In this document: one piece after another, positions 39,450 through 50,257 of the stretch
Position numbering within the stretch: the first letter of the stretch is position 1
How the letters are laid out: each line of letters opens with the position of its first letter
Assembly (NCBI GenBank): GCA_934130025.1
Contig: CAKOXG010000001.1
Span: 154-64,153 of the forward strand
DNA length: 64,000 nucleotides
From: an uncultured Clostridia bacterium
GTDB taxonomy: Bacteria; Bacillota; Clostridia; TANB77; CAG-508
Direction of reading: 5' to 3'
The notes under the pieces: model-generated
Seen by the model: only the letters and a program-made list of their open reading frames with translations
What the model was told of the DNA's origin: nothing
The model's database searches: none
Made by a program: the position numbers and the translations under genes

Positions 39450-40568
39450 ATGAAAGTAGTGATTGCAGCAGCAGGAACTGGTGGGCATATAAATCCAGGA
39501 ATAGCCATAGCAAATAAAATAATGGAAAAAGAGCCAAAATCTGAAATAATGTTTATTGGAACACCAAGAGGATTAGAAAATGACTTAGTTCCAAGAGCAG
39601 GCTATAAGCTAAAGACAATAGACTCATATGGAATTAACAGAAAAATAAATTTAGATAATATAAAAAGATTGTATAAAACAATAAAGTCAGTTGGGCAGGC
39701 AAAAAAAATTTTAAAAGAATTTAAACCAGATATAATGATTGGAACAGGCGGTTATATCTGCATATCGGTTGGTTTAGCTGCAAACCAATTAAAAATACCA
39801 ATTGTGCTGCACGAAAGTAATGCTTTCCCAGGAGTTGCTATAAAAATATTATCTAAAAAGGCTAAAGCAGTTTTTGTCGGCTTTGAGGATGCCGCAAAAA
39901 GGTTGCCAAAAGCCAATAGAGTAGTGGTAACAGGGACTCCAACAAAAATAAAGAGAGCAAAGCTGACAAGTGTAGAGAAAGAAAAAATAAAAGAAGAAAT
40001 GCAGTTAAAGAAAGAACTTCCATTAGTACTTGTTTTTGGGGGAAGCCAAGGAGCTAGAAGTATTAATAATGCAGTAATTGGAATTATTGAGAATGAATTA
40101 AATGAAAGGTACCAAATAATTTGGGCTGCTGGAAAAGGAAATTATGATAATATAAAAGAAGATCTTAAAAAAATAAATATAGACATAGATAATGTAAAAA
40201 ATGCAAAAATATTACCTTACATTTATAATATGCAGGATGTTATGGAATGTGCTGATTTGGTGGTTTCTAGAAGTGGTGCAATGACTATAACCGAAATATC
40301 TAATCTTGGAAAACCGGCAATATTTATACCTTTTCCATTTGCAACGGAAAACCACCAAGAATATAATGCTAGGGTGTTAGAAAGAGTTGGAGCAGCTAGA
40401 ATAATTTTAGATAAGAATTTAGATTATAAAAATTTAGACAAGACAATAAAGGAAATAACTAAGGATAAAAATAATCTGCACAACATGGGAGAAAAAGCTA
40501 AAACTGTAGCAATGGAAGATGTGGAAGAAAAAATTTATAAAGAAATAAGAAAAATTATAAAAGGATAA
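39450..40568 (+). CDS. murG: UDP-GlcNAc--lipid I N-acetylglucosaminyltransferase MurG
   Basis: GT28 N-terminal GTGGHI motif and C-terminal donor-binding region. 372 aa. Confidence 0.9.
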   Translation: MKVVIAAAGTGGHINPGIAIANKIMEKEPKSEIMFIGTPRGLENDLVPRAGYKLKTIDSYGINRKINLDNIKRLYKTIKSVGQAKKILKEFKPDIMIGTGGYICISVGLAANQLKIPIVLHESNAFPGVAIKILSKKAKAVFVGFEDAAKRLPKANRVVVTGTPTKIKRAKLTSVEKEKIKEEMQLKKELPLVLVFGGSQGARSINNAVIGIIENELNERYQIIWAAGKGNYDNIKEDLKKINIDIDNVKNAKILPYIYNMQDVMECADLVVSRSGAMTITEISNLGKPAIFIPFPFATENHQEYNARVLERVGAARIILDKNLDYKNLDKTIKEITKDKNNLHNMGEKAKTVAMEDVEEKIYKEIRKIIKG

Positions 40569-40673
40569 TTAACAAATGTCGAATTTTGTCGAATGATGCA
40601 GAAATAGGGCATACGATTATACTTGATAACTGGGCCAAATCATGGTATTATTAGGGTCTAAGGAGGAGATAGT

Positions 40674-41009
40674 ATGTCAGACAGAAGGAAACTTTTTGGA
40701 AAAGTAATTATTGAAGGAGAAGAATTCGATTTTATAAAAGCAGCAAATATTAAAGAAGTATCTCTAGAATATTATAAGACAAGGAATTTAAGAAACAATA
40801 AAAAGTATGGAATTGAAATAATAAAAAAGGAAAAGAATGATGAAGGAATAAAAAGAGAAAAGAGTGAAGAAAAGGCAATTTCGAATAATGAATTAGTAAT
40901 AGATAAATTGCTAGAGGTATTGATGCAAAATAGAGTTACTCCAATAACTACAAATGATATAATTAGAGATTTGAAAATGAATCCAGAAGTTATTTATAAC
41001 AGAATGTAA
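40674..41009 (+). CDS. hypothetical protein (111 aa)
   Basis: RBS AGGAGG. No domain recognised. Confidence 0.4.
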   Translation: MSDRRKLFGKVIIEGEEFDFIKAANIKEVSLEYYKTRNLRNNKKYGIEIIKKEKNDEGIKREKSEEKAISNNELVIDKLLEVLMQNRVTPITTNDIIRDLKMNPEVIYNRM

Positions 41010-41207
41010 AGATGCTACATTAAATAGTAGCATCTTGATTTTGTCCAAATTAATATATATAATGGCAAAAAAATTAAAATACCGGAAGTATATAGCACTG
41101 AATAAGGGCTTGACAAGTATATTATAATAATATATATATATTGAAATATAATAATGGTTTATAGGTAGTTCCATAAAACCTAAATTTATTATACAAGGGA
41201 AGATAAA

Positions 41208-43211
41208 ATGGCTGATAAATTAATAATAGTAGAATCACCTGCAAAGGCGAATACAATAAAAAAATTCTTGGGTGGAAGTACCAAGGTTGTGGCTTCTATG
41301 GGACATATTAGAGATTTGCCAAAATCAAAAATGGGTGTAGATATTGAACATGATTTTGAACCAGAATATATAAATATAAGAGGAAAAGGAGATTTAATAA
41401 AGTCTTTGAAAAAAGATGCGAAAAGTGCTAAAAAGGTATACCTTGCAACCGACCCTGATCGTGAGGGGGAAGCAATTGCATGGCATTTGGCTCATATATT
41501 AGACATTCCAGAAGACAGTGTGTGCAGAGTAACTTTTAATGAAATTACAAAAGAAACAGTACAAGAATCTATAAAAAAACCAAGAACAATAGATATGAAT
41601 TTAACAAATGCACAACAAGCAAGGCGTGTATTAGATAGAATTGTTGGCTATAAAATAAGCCCACTTTTATGGAAAAAAGTTAAGCCAGGGTTATCAGCAG
41701 GAAGAGTTCAATCTGTTGCAGTGAAATTAATTGTTGATAGAGAAAATGAAATAAGAAATTTTATTCCAGAAGAATACTGGAACATATACGCAAAGCTCCT
41801 AGATGAAAAATCAAAAAAAGAATTTGAAGCAAGATTTTATGGAAAAAGTGGTAAAAAATTAGAGCTGCATAAAAAAGAAGAAGTAGACGAGATATTAAAT
41901 GCCGTTGAAAATGGAAAATATATAGTTGCAAATGTTAAAGAGGGAGAGAAAAAGAGAACACCTGCACCTCCATTTACAACAAGTACAATGCAGCAGGAAG
42001 CTTCAAGGAAATTAGGATTTACTTTAAAGAAAACTATGTCTGTTGCACAGGGATTATATGAGGGAGTTAAAATTCCTGAAAAAGGAACAGTGGGTTTAAT
42101 AACTTATATGAGAACAGATTCCACAAGAATTTCTGAAGAGGCAAGAGCTGCTGCAAAAGAGCAAATAACTAAAATTTATGGTGAAGAGTATTACGAAAAT
42201 AGATATTACAAGAAGAGTAGTGAGGCTCAGGATGCGCATGAAGGTATAAGACCAACTTATATTTCAATAACTCCTGAAAGTATAAAAGAAAGCTTAACCA
42301 ATGACCAATATAAATTGTATAGACTTATTTATACAAGGTTTTTGGCAAGCCAGATGTCCTCTGCCGTTTATGATACAATAAATGTTGATATTGATGTAAA
42401 TGACTATAATTTTAAAGCTAGTGGACAAAATTTAAAATTCAAAGGATTTATGACTTTGTATGTAGAAGGCAAAGATGAGGAACAAGAAGATGAAGAAAAT
42501 ACAATAATTCCAAAGCTTGAGAAAGGACAGGAAGTTAAGAAAAAGAAAATTGAGGCAAAACAAAGTTTTACAGAGCCACCTGCAAGGTACACAGAAGCTA
42601 GCCTTGTAAAAGAACTAGAGGCAAAGGGAATTGGACGCCCAAGTACATATTCACCAACAATAACTACAATACTTGAAAGAAGATATATTGTAAAAGAAAA
42701 GAAACAACTTGTTCCAACTGAACTTGGAGAAATTGTAAATAAACTTTTAATTGAAAATTTTACAGACATAGTAAATGTAGAATTTACAGCAAAAATTGAA
42801 AATGAATTTGATCAAGTTGCAGATGGAAAAGAAGAATGGAAACAGGTTTTAAGAGAATTTTATCCACAGTTCGAAAAAGAAGTAGAAAAGGTTGATAAAG
42901 AATTAGAACATGTTAAAATAGAAGATGAAGTATCAGATGTTAAGTGTGATAAATGTGGAAGAAATATGGTCATAAAAATGAGTAGATATGGAAAGTTTTT
43001 AGCTTGCCCGGGGTATCCAGAGTGTAAAAATGTAAAACCATTTGTGGTAACTGTGGATGTTCCTTGCCCAGTATGTGGGGGAAAAGTACAAGTAAGAAAA
43101 ACTAAAAAAGGTAGAAACTTCTATATTTGTGAAAATAATCCTAAATCATGTAATTATATTTCATGGAATAAACCAAAGGTAGGAGAAAAATGGAAAAGCC
43201 CGGATAAATAA
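41208..43211 (+). CDS. topA: DNA topoisomerase I with C-terminal zinc ribbons
   Basis: Toprim domain (IVESPAKA, DPDREGE), the catalytic Tyr region and two C4 zinc ribbons (CDKCGR..C..C; CPVCGG..C..C). 667 aa. Confidence 0.95.
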   Translation: MADKLIIVESPAKANTIKKFLGGSTKVVASMGHIRDLPKSKMGVDIEHDFEPEYINIRGKGDLIKSLKKDAKSAKKVYLATDPDREGEAIAWHLAHILDIPEDSVCRVTFNEITKETVQESIKKPRTIDMNLTNAQQARRVLDRIVGYKISPLLWKKVKPGLSAGRVQSVAVKLIVDRENEIRNFIPEEYWNIYAKLLDEKSKKEFEARFYGKSGKKLELHKKEEVDEILNAVENGKYIVANVKEGEKKRTPAPPFTTSTMQQEASRKLGFTLKKTMSVAQGLYEGVKIPEKGTVGLITYMRTDSTRISEEARAAAKEQITKIYGEEYYENRYYKKSSEAQDAHEGIRPTYISITPESIKESLTNDQYKLYRLIYTRFLASQMSSAVYDTINVDIDVNDYNFKASGQNLKFKGFMTLYVEGKDEEQEDEENTIIPKLEKGQEVKKKKIEAKQSFTEPPARYTEASLVKELEAKGIGRPSTYSPTITTILERRYIVKEKKQLVPTELGEIVNKLLIENFTDIVNVEFTAKIENEFDQVADGKEEWKQVLREFYPQFEKEVEKVDKELEHVKIEDEVSDVKCDKCGRNMVIKMSRYGKFLACPGYPECKNVKPFVVTVDVPCPVCGGKVQVRKTKKGRNFYICENNPKSCNYISWNKPKVGEKWKSPDK

Positions 43212-43230
43212 ATCCGAGCTTTTCTTGGAG

Positions 43231-43737
43231 TTAGACTGTTTCTGACATCACGCTATGCTGCATGCGCAGCACTTCGTGCCGACGCCGCGTGTTTGCGGCC
43301 ATCCGAACGGGGAGATACCCGTCAGAACAGAGCCGCCTGAGAAGTACCGGGCTGGTCTGGCTGTTGTTCACAACAGCCAGTCTAATTTCCCAGTCGCTTT
43401 TTCGCGACAGGAAATCCAGAGTTTTCTGGCTCGCCCTGGGGTTATTTGCAACCCCCAACAGAACGGACCTGGATGCGTCGTGGGCCAATACCCACAACGC
43501 ATCAGGTGAGATATTCTGATGCTTAGCAGCCGCTAAGCGGACTGCCTCGCAAGGATCCTTAGCCAGGAAGCTAAGTGCCCTTGCTTGAGTGCTAGGATTC
43601 GCCGCTACAGCAGCGCGAACTCCAGCAATCGGCAGCCGAGCAGCCTGCTCGAGCCGTTCCGGATTAACCCTGGGAGACTTAACATATTCTCCCAGCTCCT
43701 CAATGGTGAATTCCTGCTTTCCGATGCAATAGTACAT
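43231..43737 (-). CDS. leucine-rich-repeat-variant (LRV/HEAT-like) repeat protein of foreign composition (168 aa)
   Basis: Tandem ~24-aa repeats of the form PxxxVRxAVAxNPxTxxxxLxxLAxD (PIAGVRAAVAANPST..AVRLAAAKHQNISPDAL..SVLLGVANNPRASQKTL..EIRLAVVNNSQTSPVLL). Perfect GGAGG RBS 7 nt before the ATG. Confidence 0.6.
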   Translation of the reverse strand: MYYCIGKQEFTIEELGEYVKSPRVNPERLEQAARLPIAGVRAAVAANPSTQARALSFLAKDPCEAVRLAAAKHQNISPDALWVLAHDASRSVLLGVANNPRASQKTLDFLSRKSDWEIRLAVVNNSQTSPVLLRRLCSDGYLPVRMAANTRRRHEVLRMQHSVMSETV

Positions 43738-43775
43738 GTTGTAACCTCCATTGTTATTTGGGGAAGATCCCCGTG
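43234..43775. other. ~540 bp GC-rich (~57% GC) compositional island in a ~28% GC background
   Basis: Abrupt change in base composition and codon usage exactly spanning one minus-strand ORF and its RBS. Flanks return to AT-rich sequence. Confidence 0.7.
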
Positions 43776-43784
43776 ATTACTTTG

Positions 43785-43813
43785 ATTATACCACGAACAA
43801 TGCAAAATGTCAA
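43785..43813 (-). promoter_or_regulatory. consensus sigma-70/sigma-A promoter TTGACA-N17-(TG)TATAAT driving the LRV gene (minus strand)
   Basis: Reverse complement of 43785-43813 reads TTGACATTTTGCATTGTTCGTGGTATAAT. Both hexamers are perfect consensus with an extended -10 TG. Confidence 0.5.
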
Positions 43814-43920
43814 ATAATGGAAAACAACATTACATAATACAGAAAAAGAGAAAATATTCAAACTATGATTGATAATTTTAGAGATTTAGTGTATAATTAT
43901 AATTCAGTGAATGGGAGAAT

Positions 43921-46891
43921 GTGGAAATGGAAAATTATAAGGTATTTGGGCAAGCAATAAAAGAGTTTTATTCTCTAGAAGAAACAAATAAAGAAGTACA
44001 AAAAGGTAAAAAAGAAATATCTGGGAAGGTACATTTAGAACCCAGAATTATATGTAGCAATTTAAATAATTCATTAAAGCTAGAGATATATATAGGCGAA
44101 AAGAATATGTATAAAATAAAGTCAATTCCAGAATTTTATGATAGATTCATGGATGGTGAAAAGTATAAATATGGTGCAAAACTAGAAATTGTACACACGA
44201 AAGAAAGATTTGCAAAAGAGGACCAAAAGCTCCTAGAATTTGTACTTAAATATGCTGAGATTATAAAATATGCCAATGAATCAAGTACAGGATATGATTA
44301 TTATACAAAAAGATTGGGAGAAGATTCAATTATCTTGTCAAATACAGGATTAGATGAATTATTTGAATGTTTAATAGATAAAAGTATTGAAATGGATAAT
44401 CAATATTCAACTGAAAGAGTATTATTAGTTGATAAAGAGCCAGAAATAAAATTCAAATTGAAGCAAATGAATCAAAAGGAATATAAAATAATTACTAACA
44501 TAGATGTGTATGATTATACAATTTATGATGGAAGGAAGTATGTATATATATTAATTAAGAATAAATTATATAGATGTTCTAAAAAATACAGAAATACTGT
44601 AATAAAATTACTTGAAATATTTAAAAAAAACTTTACAAAAGAAATCATACTTCCAGAAAGTGACCTTACTAAGTTTTTTGTGATTATAGAGCCAAACATA
44701 AAAAACAATATCGAAATTTCTGATGCAGAATACAAGAAGATTAAAAAATTTATTCCACCACAACTATATGCAAAATTATATTTAGATTATAATGAGCAAA
44801 ATTATGTTATTGCAGATATTAGGTTTATATATGATGAAACAGAGATAAATCCATTGGAAGAAAAAGTATACCCAGAGATTATTTCTAGGAATACAATAAA
44901 AGAAGCTCAATTATTAAACATGTTTGTTACATCTGGGTTTATGCTGGATCAGAAAAATCATAGATTAGTATTAGCAAACAATGAAAAAATATATGAATTT
45001 TTAAGTGAAGATATAGATTCATATATGACAAATTTTGAAGTATTAGCAACGGAAAATTTTAAATCAAAAGAGATAAAAAATAATACTAAAATTTCTTTGG
45101 GTGTAAAAATTGAAAATCACTTATTAGATATAGATTTTTCAAACTTGAGTTTCGATCCTAAAGAACTAAAAGATATAATGCAGCAGTATAAACTAAAAAA
45201 GAAATATTACAGGCTTAAAGATGGAAGTTTTATAAAACTAGAAAATAATGAAACTATTCAAGTAATAAATAGCTTAACTGAAGATATTGATATTGATTAT
45301 AGTAAAATTGAAGACGGAAATTTGAAACTACCAATGTACAGGGCGCTATACCTTGAAAAAATTTTAGAAAAGAGCAATGTAGTAAGGGCTAATAAAGATG
45401 ACAATTTTAAAAGTTTAATTGAAAATATTGACGTAAAGGGAATTGAAGGGAAAATAGAGACTCCAAAGCTTTTGAAAGCCAATTTAAGGGAATACCAAAA
45501 AATTGGAGTGCAATGGTTAAGAACGTTGAGCTCTTATGGCTTGGGACGGGATTCTTGCTGATGATATGGGGCTTGGGAAAACCGTACAACTATTGTGTGT
45601 TGTATGTAAATACCTAGAAGATGAAACAGAAAAAAACAAAAAACCAACATTAGTTGTTTGCCCAAGTTCTTTATGCCTGAATTGGCAAAATGAAATAGAA
45701 AAATTTACACAAGGAGTCACTTCTGAAGTTATACATGGGTCACTTCAGGACAGAATGAGAAAAATAGCGGAAATTAATAATTATAATATAGTAATAACTT
45801 CATATGAATTACTAAAAAGAGATATAGATGAATATAAAAAGTACAATTATAAATTTAAATATATAATAGCAGACGAAGCTCAATATATAAAAAATAATAA
45901 CACACAAAATGCTAAAGCAATAAAAGATATAATATCTGAAACAAGGTTTGCACTAACAGGAACACCAATAGAAAATTCACTCTCAGAATTGTGGTCTATT
46001 TTTGACTTTATAATGCCTGGATATTTATTTAGATATAGAAAGTTCAAAGAATTATATGAGACACCAATAATGAGAGATAATGATGAAATTGTTATGCAGA
46101 AACTAAAAAAGTTAATTGAACCATTTGTTTTAAGAAGAATAAAAAAAGAAGTTTTAACAGAACTTCCAGATAAAACAGTAACCGTATTAAGCAGCCAGAT
46201 GCTTGAAGAGCAAGAAGAGATTTATTTATCATATTTAACTCAGGCTAAAAAGAGTGCAATGGAAGAAATAAAAGAAAACGGGATAGAAAAGAGCCAAATT
46301 AAGATTTTAGCACTACTTACAAGGCTAAGGCAAGTATGCTGCCATCCTAGCTTATTTATAGAAAACTATGAAGGTGGTAGTGGAAAATTAAATCAATGTA
46401 TTGAAATAATAAAAGATGCAATACAAAGTGGACACAAAATTTTACTTTTTTCTGGCTATACGGCAATGTTTGATATAATTGAAAAAGAATTGAAAAAAGA
46501 GCAAATTTCATATTTAAAGCTAACAGGCCAAACAAAAGTATCTGATAGAATAAATTTGGTTGACGAATTCAATAACAATCCAGATAAAAAATTGTTTCTA
46601 ATTTCGCTAAAGGCTGGTGGAACGGGACTAAATTTAGTTGGAGCAGATATGGTAATTCATTATGACCCTTGGTGGAACGTGTCATCAGAGAATCAGGCTA
46701 CAGATAGAACATATAGAATAGGGCAAAAAAGAAATGTTCAGGTATATAAATTAATAACTAAAAACTCTATAGAAGAAAAAATTTATGATTTACAAAAAAG
46801 AAAAGAAGCATTAATTGATAATATGTTATCTACAAACCAAACATTTATTAGTAAATTATCAAAAGAAGAAATAATGAATTTATTTGAATAG
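43921..46891 (+). pseudogene. SNF2-family helicase (~989 aa), frame broken by a 1-nt insertion at 45547
   Basis: The N-terminal ORF ends ..YQKIGVQWLRTLSSYGLGRDSC*. The next frame reads (G)ILADDMGLGKT (SNF2 motif I), then DEAQ, TGTP and helicase C motifs (QATDRTYRIGQ). Removing the C in GGA-C-GGG-ATT fuses them. Confidence 0.75.
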
Positions 46892-46931
46892 AGATTTTAT
46901 TAATAGTAAATTAGGAGAGGAAAATACAAAA

Positions 46932-48320
46932 ATGAAGAAAGAGATAACTATAATAGGAGGAGGGCTTGCAGGATGCGAAGCTGCATACCAGATTGCTAAA
47001 AGAGGAATAAGTGTAAAATTATATGAAATGAAACCAGAAAAATTTTCGCCTGCTCATATAAATGAAAATCTTGCTGAAATAGTATGCAGCAATTCTTTTA
47101 AATCGAACTTACACACAAATGCTTGTGGATTATTAAAGGAAGAACTTCGTTTATTGGATTCTCTTCTAATAAAGATTGCTGATGAAACATGTGTGCCTTC
47201 TGGTCAAGCTTTAGCTGTAGATAGAGAAAAATTTTCCAAAAGAGTAACTGAAGAGTTAGAAAAAATTGAAAATGTAGAAATTATAAGGGAAGAGTTCGGA
47301 AAAGAAAAAAAGCTAAGCGATTTAGCAAAAGAAGAAATTGTAATTGTGGCAACAGGCCCATTAACTTCAGAGTGTTTATCAGATGAAATTCTTAAGATAA
47401 CTGGAGAAGAAGACATGCACTTTTATGATGCCGCAGCCCCTATAATTTCTAAAGAAAGTATTGATATGAACATTGCTTTTTATGGAAATAGATATGAACA
47501 AGAGCGAAAAAAAGATGAAGATATAGAACTGTGGAAAAAATCGAATAATATAAAAAAACAAGACGAGGCATATATAAATTTGCCAATGAATAAAGAAGAA
47601 TACGAGAATTTTTGGAATGAACTAGTAAATGCCCAGATAGCACAATTACATAAGTTCGAAAAAAGCGAGATATTTGAAGGGTGCATGCCTGTTGAAGTAA
47701 TGGCAAAAAGAGGAATAGATACATTAAGGTATGGGCCATTAAAGCCTATGGGATTTACTGACCCAAGAACTGGATATAGACCTTATGCTTTAGTTCAGCT
47801 AAGAAAGGATAATGAAGAAGGAACTATTTATAATATGGTTGGATTTCAAACAAATTTAAAGTATGGCGAGCAAAAGAGAGTATTTTCAATGATTCCTGGA
47901 TTAAAAGATGCTGAATTTATGAAATATGGGGTAATGCACAGAAATACATTTATAAATTCAACTAAACTATTAGATAACACATATAATATGAAAAAGAACG
48001 AAAATATATATTTTGCAGGCCAAATAACAGGAGTAGAGGGATATGTTGAATCAATTTCTTCTGGATTGGTAGCAGGTATAAATGCAGTTAATAAAATTTT
48101 GAAGAAAGATAGAGTAGAATTTTCTAAATATACAATGATAGGGGCATTAGCAGATTATATATCAACACCAAATGATAAATTCCAGCCTATGAATGCAAAC
48201 TTTGGAATAATGCCAGAATTAGGTGGGGATAAGATAAGAGATAAAAAATTGAAATATGGAAAAATTTCCGATAGGGCGATTGTTGAATTAAACGACAAAT
48301 TATTACAAATATTAAATTAA
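46932..48320 (+). CDS. trmFO: methylenetetrahydrofolate--tRNA-(uracil54-C5)-methyltransferase TrmFO
   Basis: FAD-binding N-terminus ITIIGGGLAGCEAAY and TrmFO/Gid collinearity. The start is at an internal Met of the ORF-track frame. Confidence 0.9.
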   Translation: MKKEITIIGGGLAGCEAAYQIAKRGISVKLYEMKPEKFSPAHINENLAEIVCSNSFKSNLHTNACGLLKEELRLLDSLLIKIADETCVPSGQALAVDREKFSKRVTEELEKIENVEIIREEFGKEKKLSDLAKEEIVIVATGPLTSECLSDEILKITGEEDMHFYDAAAPIISKESIDMNIAFYGNRYEQERKKDEDIELWKKSNNIKKQDEAYINLPMNKEEYENFWNELVNAQIAQLHKFEKSEIFEGCMPVEVMAKRGIDTLRYGPLKPMGFTDPRTGYRPYALVQLRKDNEEGTIYNMVGFQTNLKYGEQKRVFSMIPGLKDAEFMKYGVMHRNTFINSTKLLDNTYNMKKNENIYFAGQITGVEGYVESISSGLVAGINAVNKILKKDRVEFSKYTMIGALADYISTPNDKFQPMNANFGIMPELGGDKIRDKKLKYGKISDRAIVELNDKLLQILN

Positions 48321-48394
48321 TATTACATTTTAATTAAAAATAACTGTTGAAACTAAAAATATGATATTATATGATTGAAAAAAATATTTAAATA

Positions 48395-48423
48395 CATATA
48401 AAAATTGAATGTTGACAGAAAGT
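48395..48423 (+). promoter_or_regulatory. promoter TTGAAT-N17-TGgTATACT upstream of the 566-aa hypothetical gene
   Basis: Hexamers read from the sequence, with an extended -10 TG. Confidence 0.4.
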
Positions 48424-48474
48424 ATGGTATACTAAGAACAGTTCGAAAATATAAGGCGTAATGGAGGTTTTATT

Positions 48475-50175
48475 ATGGAAGAAAATATAAAAAAACTATT
48501 AAAAGAAAGAACGGAATTAGAAGCTAAATTTGCTAAAATGAAAAAAGACCTTGCAGATAATTTAAAATATATAGACGACGATTTCGAAAGTTATAGAAGC
48601 AAAGATCTATTAACAAAAGATGAGCAATTAGCAAGATTTGAGCAAATTAAGAAAGAATATACAACAAAAGCTGAAGCAGACATGAACGCTGTTAAGGCAG
48701 AAATTGATAAGATAAATGAAAATATTACATCAAAAATAATAACACTAAGGGGCGAATGGGCTAAAAAGTTAAACCATGAAATAGACCTTGCTGAAAAACA
48801 AGAACAGCTTGCTCTTGCAAAGAAAGAACTAGATGCGGCAGAAGCAGAATATAACCACAATTTGACAGAATACTTCTATAGAGACAATTCAACTGTTACA
48901 TCACTTGATGACTCAAGAGTTGTGGCTGCAAAGAAAAAGTATGCTTTATTAAAAGGTGAGCTAGAAGCAGCAATTGAAGCAGATAAAAAGGAAAGAGAAT
49001 CTATAAGAGAAAAAATAGAAAAAACCAATAAGTTTTTTGACAAACTTCTTATCCAAGACGCAACCGTAGAAGAAATACTTGGAGCTGTGGAGGGAAAAGA
49101 AGCTCAAAAAGCAGAAACTGAGCATGAGGAAGAAAAAGAACCAGAAGCTATGGTTGAGCAAGGAGAAAAACAAACAAAATCAGAAAAGAAACAAGAAGAA
49201 CCAGAAGTAGTTACAGAAAATGAGCCTTCTGAAAATGTTGGCACAGTAACAGAAAGTAAAACTATAGCAGAATTGAATGAAGAGCCAACTGTGGTAAAAC
49301 CTGTTGAAAGAATGGAATGGAAACCGGCAGCTCCAAATGATGCTGCAGCACATAAAAAAGAAGAGAGCGTTGGAGAGGTAAGAATTTCTCAGCCGACAAA
49401 AATAATGGGATTGAGAGAAATAGAGACTGATTTATCAACAGGACTGATTACTATTACCTCATCAGACGGAAAAAAACTTACTAGTGCTATGGGAAACGAA
49501 TTTGTAAATAAAGCAGAGGCTGTTGAGTTTTTGCATGAGCAAGGAATAGAATATTCAAAAGGAGACCCTTACATGATGATTACTCTATGCCAAGCTGCAA
49601 CAGAGTTATCAAGAAAAATAGGACAAGATAAAAATAAAATACTAAAGAAATTTATAACTGATTATGAAAAATCTATAAGTAGCACAACACCTGTAGAGCA
49701 AATGACAGATGCTGAATTGGAATCTGTTGCAATGATAAGATACTTTAAATCAGAAAAAAAATTAGATAAAAATGTATTGAAAGCACTTAGACCATACATA
49801 AAAGAAGCTAAAAATTCTACATGTGCGGTTGTGGATGTAGATGCGAGAACATGGTTTGAAAAAGCAAAAGATTTTATTGTGGCTAAAGTATTCAATAAAC
49901 ACGAAAGATTGGAAGAGGGAAAACATTCACAAGAATTGAAAAAGTTTGGTGTCGATGGTAAAGTTATAGAAGATAAACAGCATCCTGAAATTCCAGAAAA
50001 GTCTTTTGTTGAAAGTTTAAAAGTTAGCAAGGATTCAAGAAAAATAGATGAAAAATTGGCAGCTGCAACAAAAGTACCAGATGCGAGAGCTGCTGCAAGA
50101 TATAATATTGATAAAATAGATAGAGCAAAAATTGTAAGAGATTCAAGACAATCTTCAGATGAATTTGAGAGATAA
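48475..50175 (+). CDS. hypothetical protein (566 aa): N-terminal coiled coil, acidic E/K-rich linker, C-terminal globular region
   Basis: Long ORF with a good RBS (GGAGG). No recognisable catalytic motif. Confidence 0.5.
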   Translation: MEENIKKLLKERTELEAKFAKMKKDLADNLKYIDDDFESYRSKDLLTKDEQLARFEQIKKEYTTKAEADMNAVKAEIDKINENITSKIITLRGEWAKKLNHEIDLAEKQEQLALAKKELDAAEAEYNHNLTEYFYRDNSTVTSLDDSRVVAAKKKYALLKGELEAAIEADKKERESIREKIEKTNKFFDKLLIQDATVEEILGAVEGKEAQKAETEHEEEKEPEAMVEQGEKQTKSEKKQEEPEVVTENEPSENVGTVTESKTIAELNEEPTVVKPVERMEWKPAAPNDAAAHKKEESVGEVRISQPTKIMGLREIETDLSTGLITITSSDGKKLTSAMGNEFVNKAEAVEFLHEQGIEYSKGDPYMMITLCQAATELSRKIGQDKNKILKKFITDYEKSISSTTPVEQMTDAELESVAMIRYFKSEKKLDKNVLKALRPYIKEAKNSTCAVVDVDARTWFEKAKDFIVAKVFNKHERLEEGKHSQELKKFGVDGKVIEDKQHPEIPEKSFVESLKVSKDSRKIDEKLAAATKVPDARAAARYNIDKIDRAKIVRDSRQSSDEFER

Positions 50176-50180
50176 AATAA

Positions 50181-50212
50181 AAAAATCAGCTGCACGTGTT
50201 GTAGTTGATTTT
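50181..50212 (+). terminator. hairpin followed by T-run after the hypothetical gene
   Basis: AATCAGCT..AGTTGATT stem with one mismatch, followed by TTTTT. Confidence 0.35.
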
Positions 50213-50257
50213 TTACTAGACATTCTATAAAACAAAACGGAAAGGAATTATTTTTAT

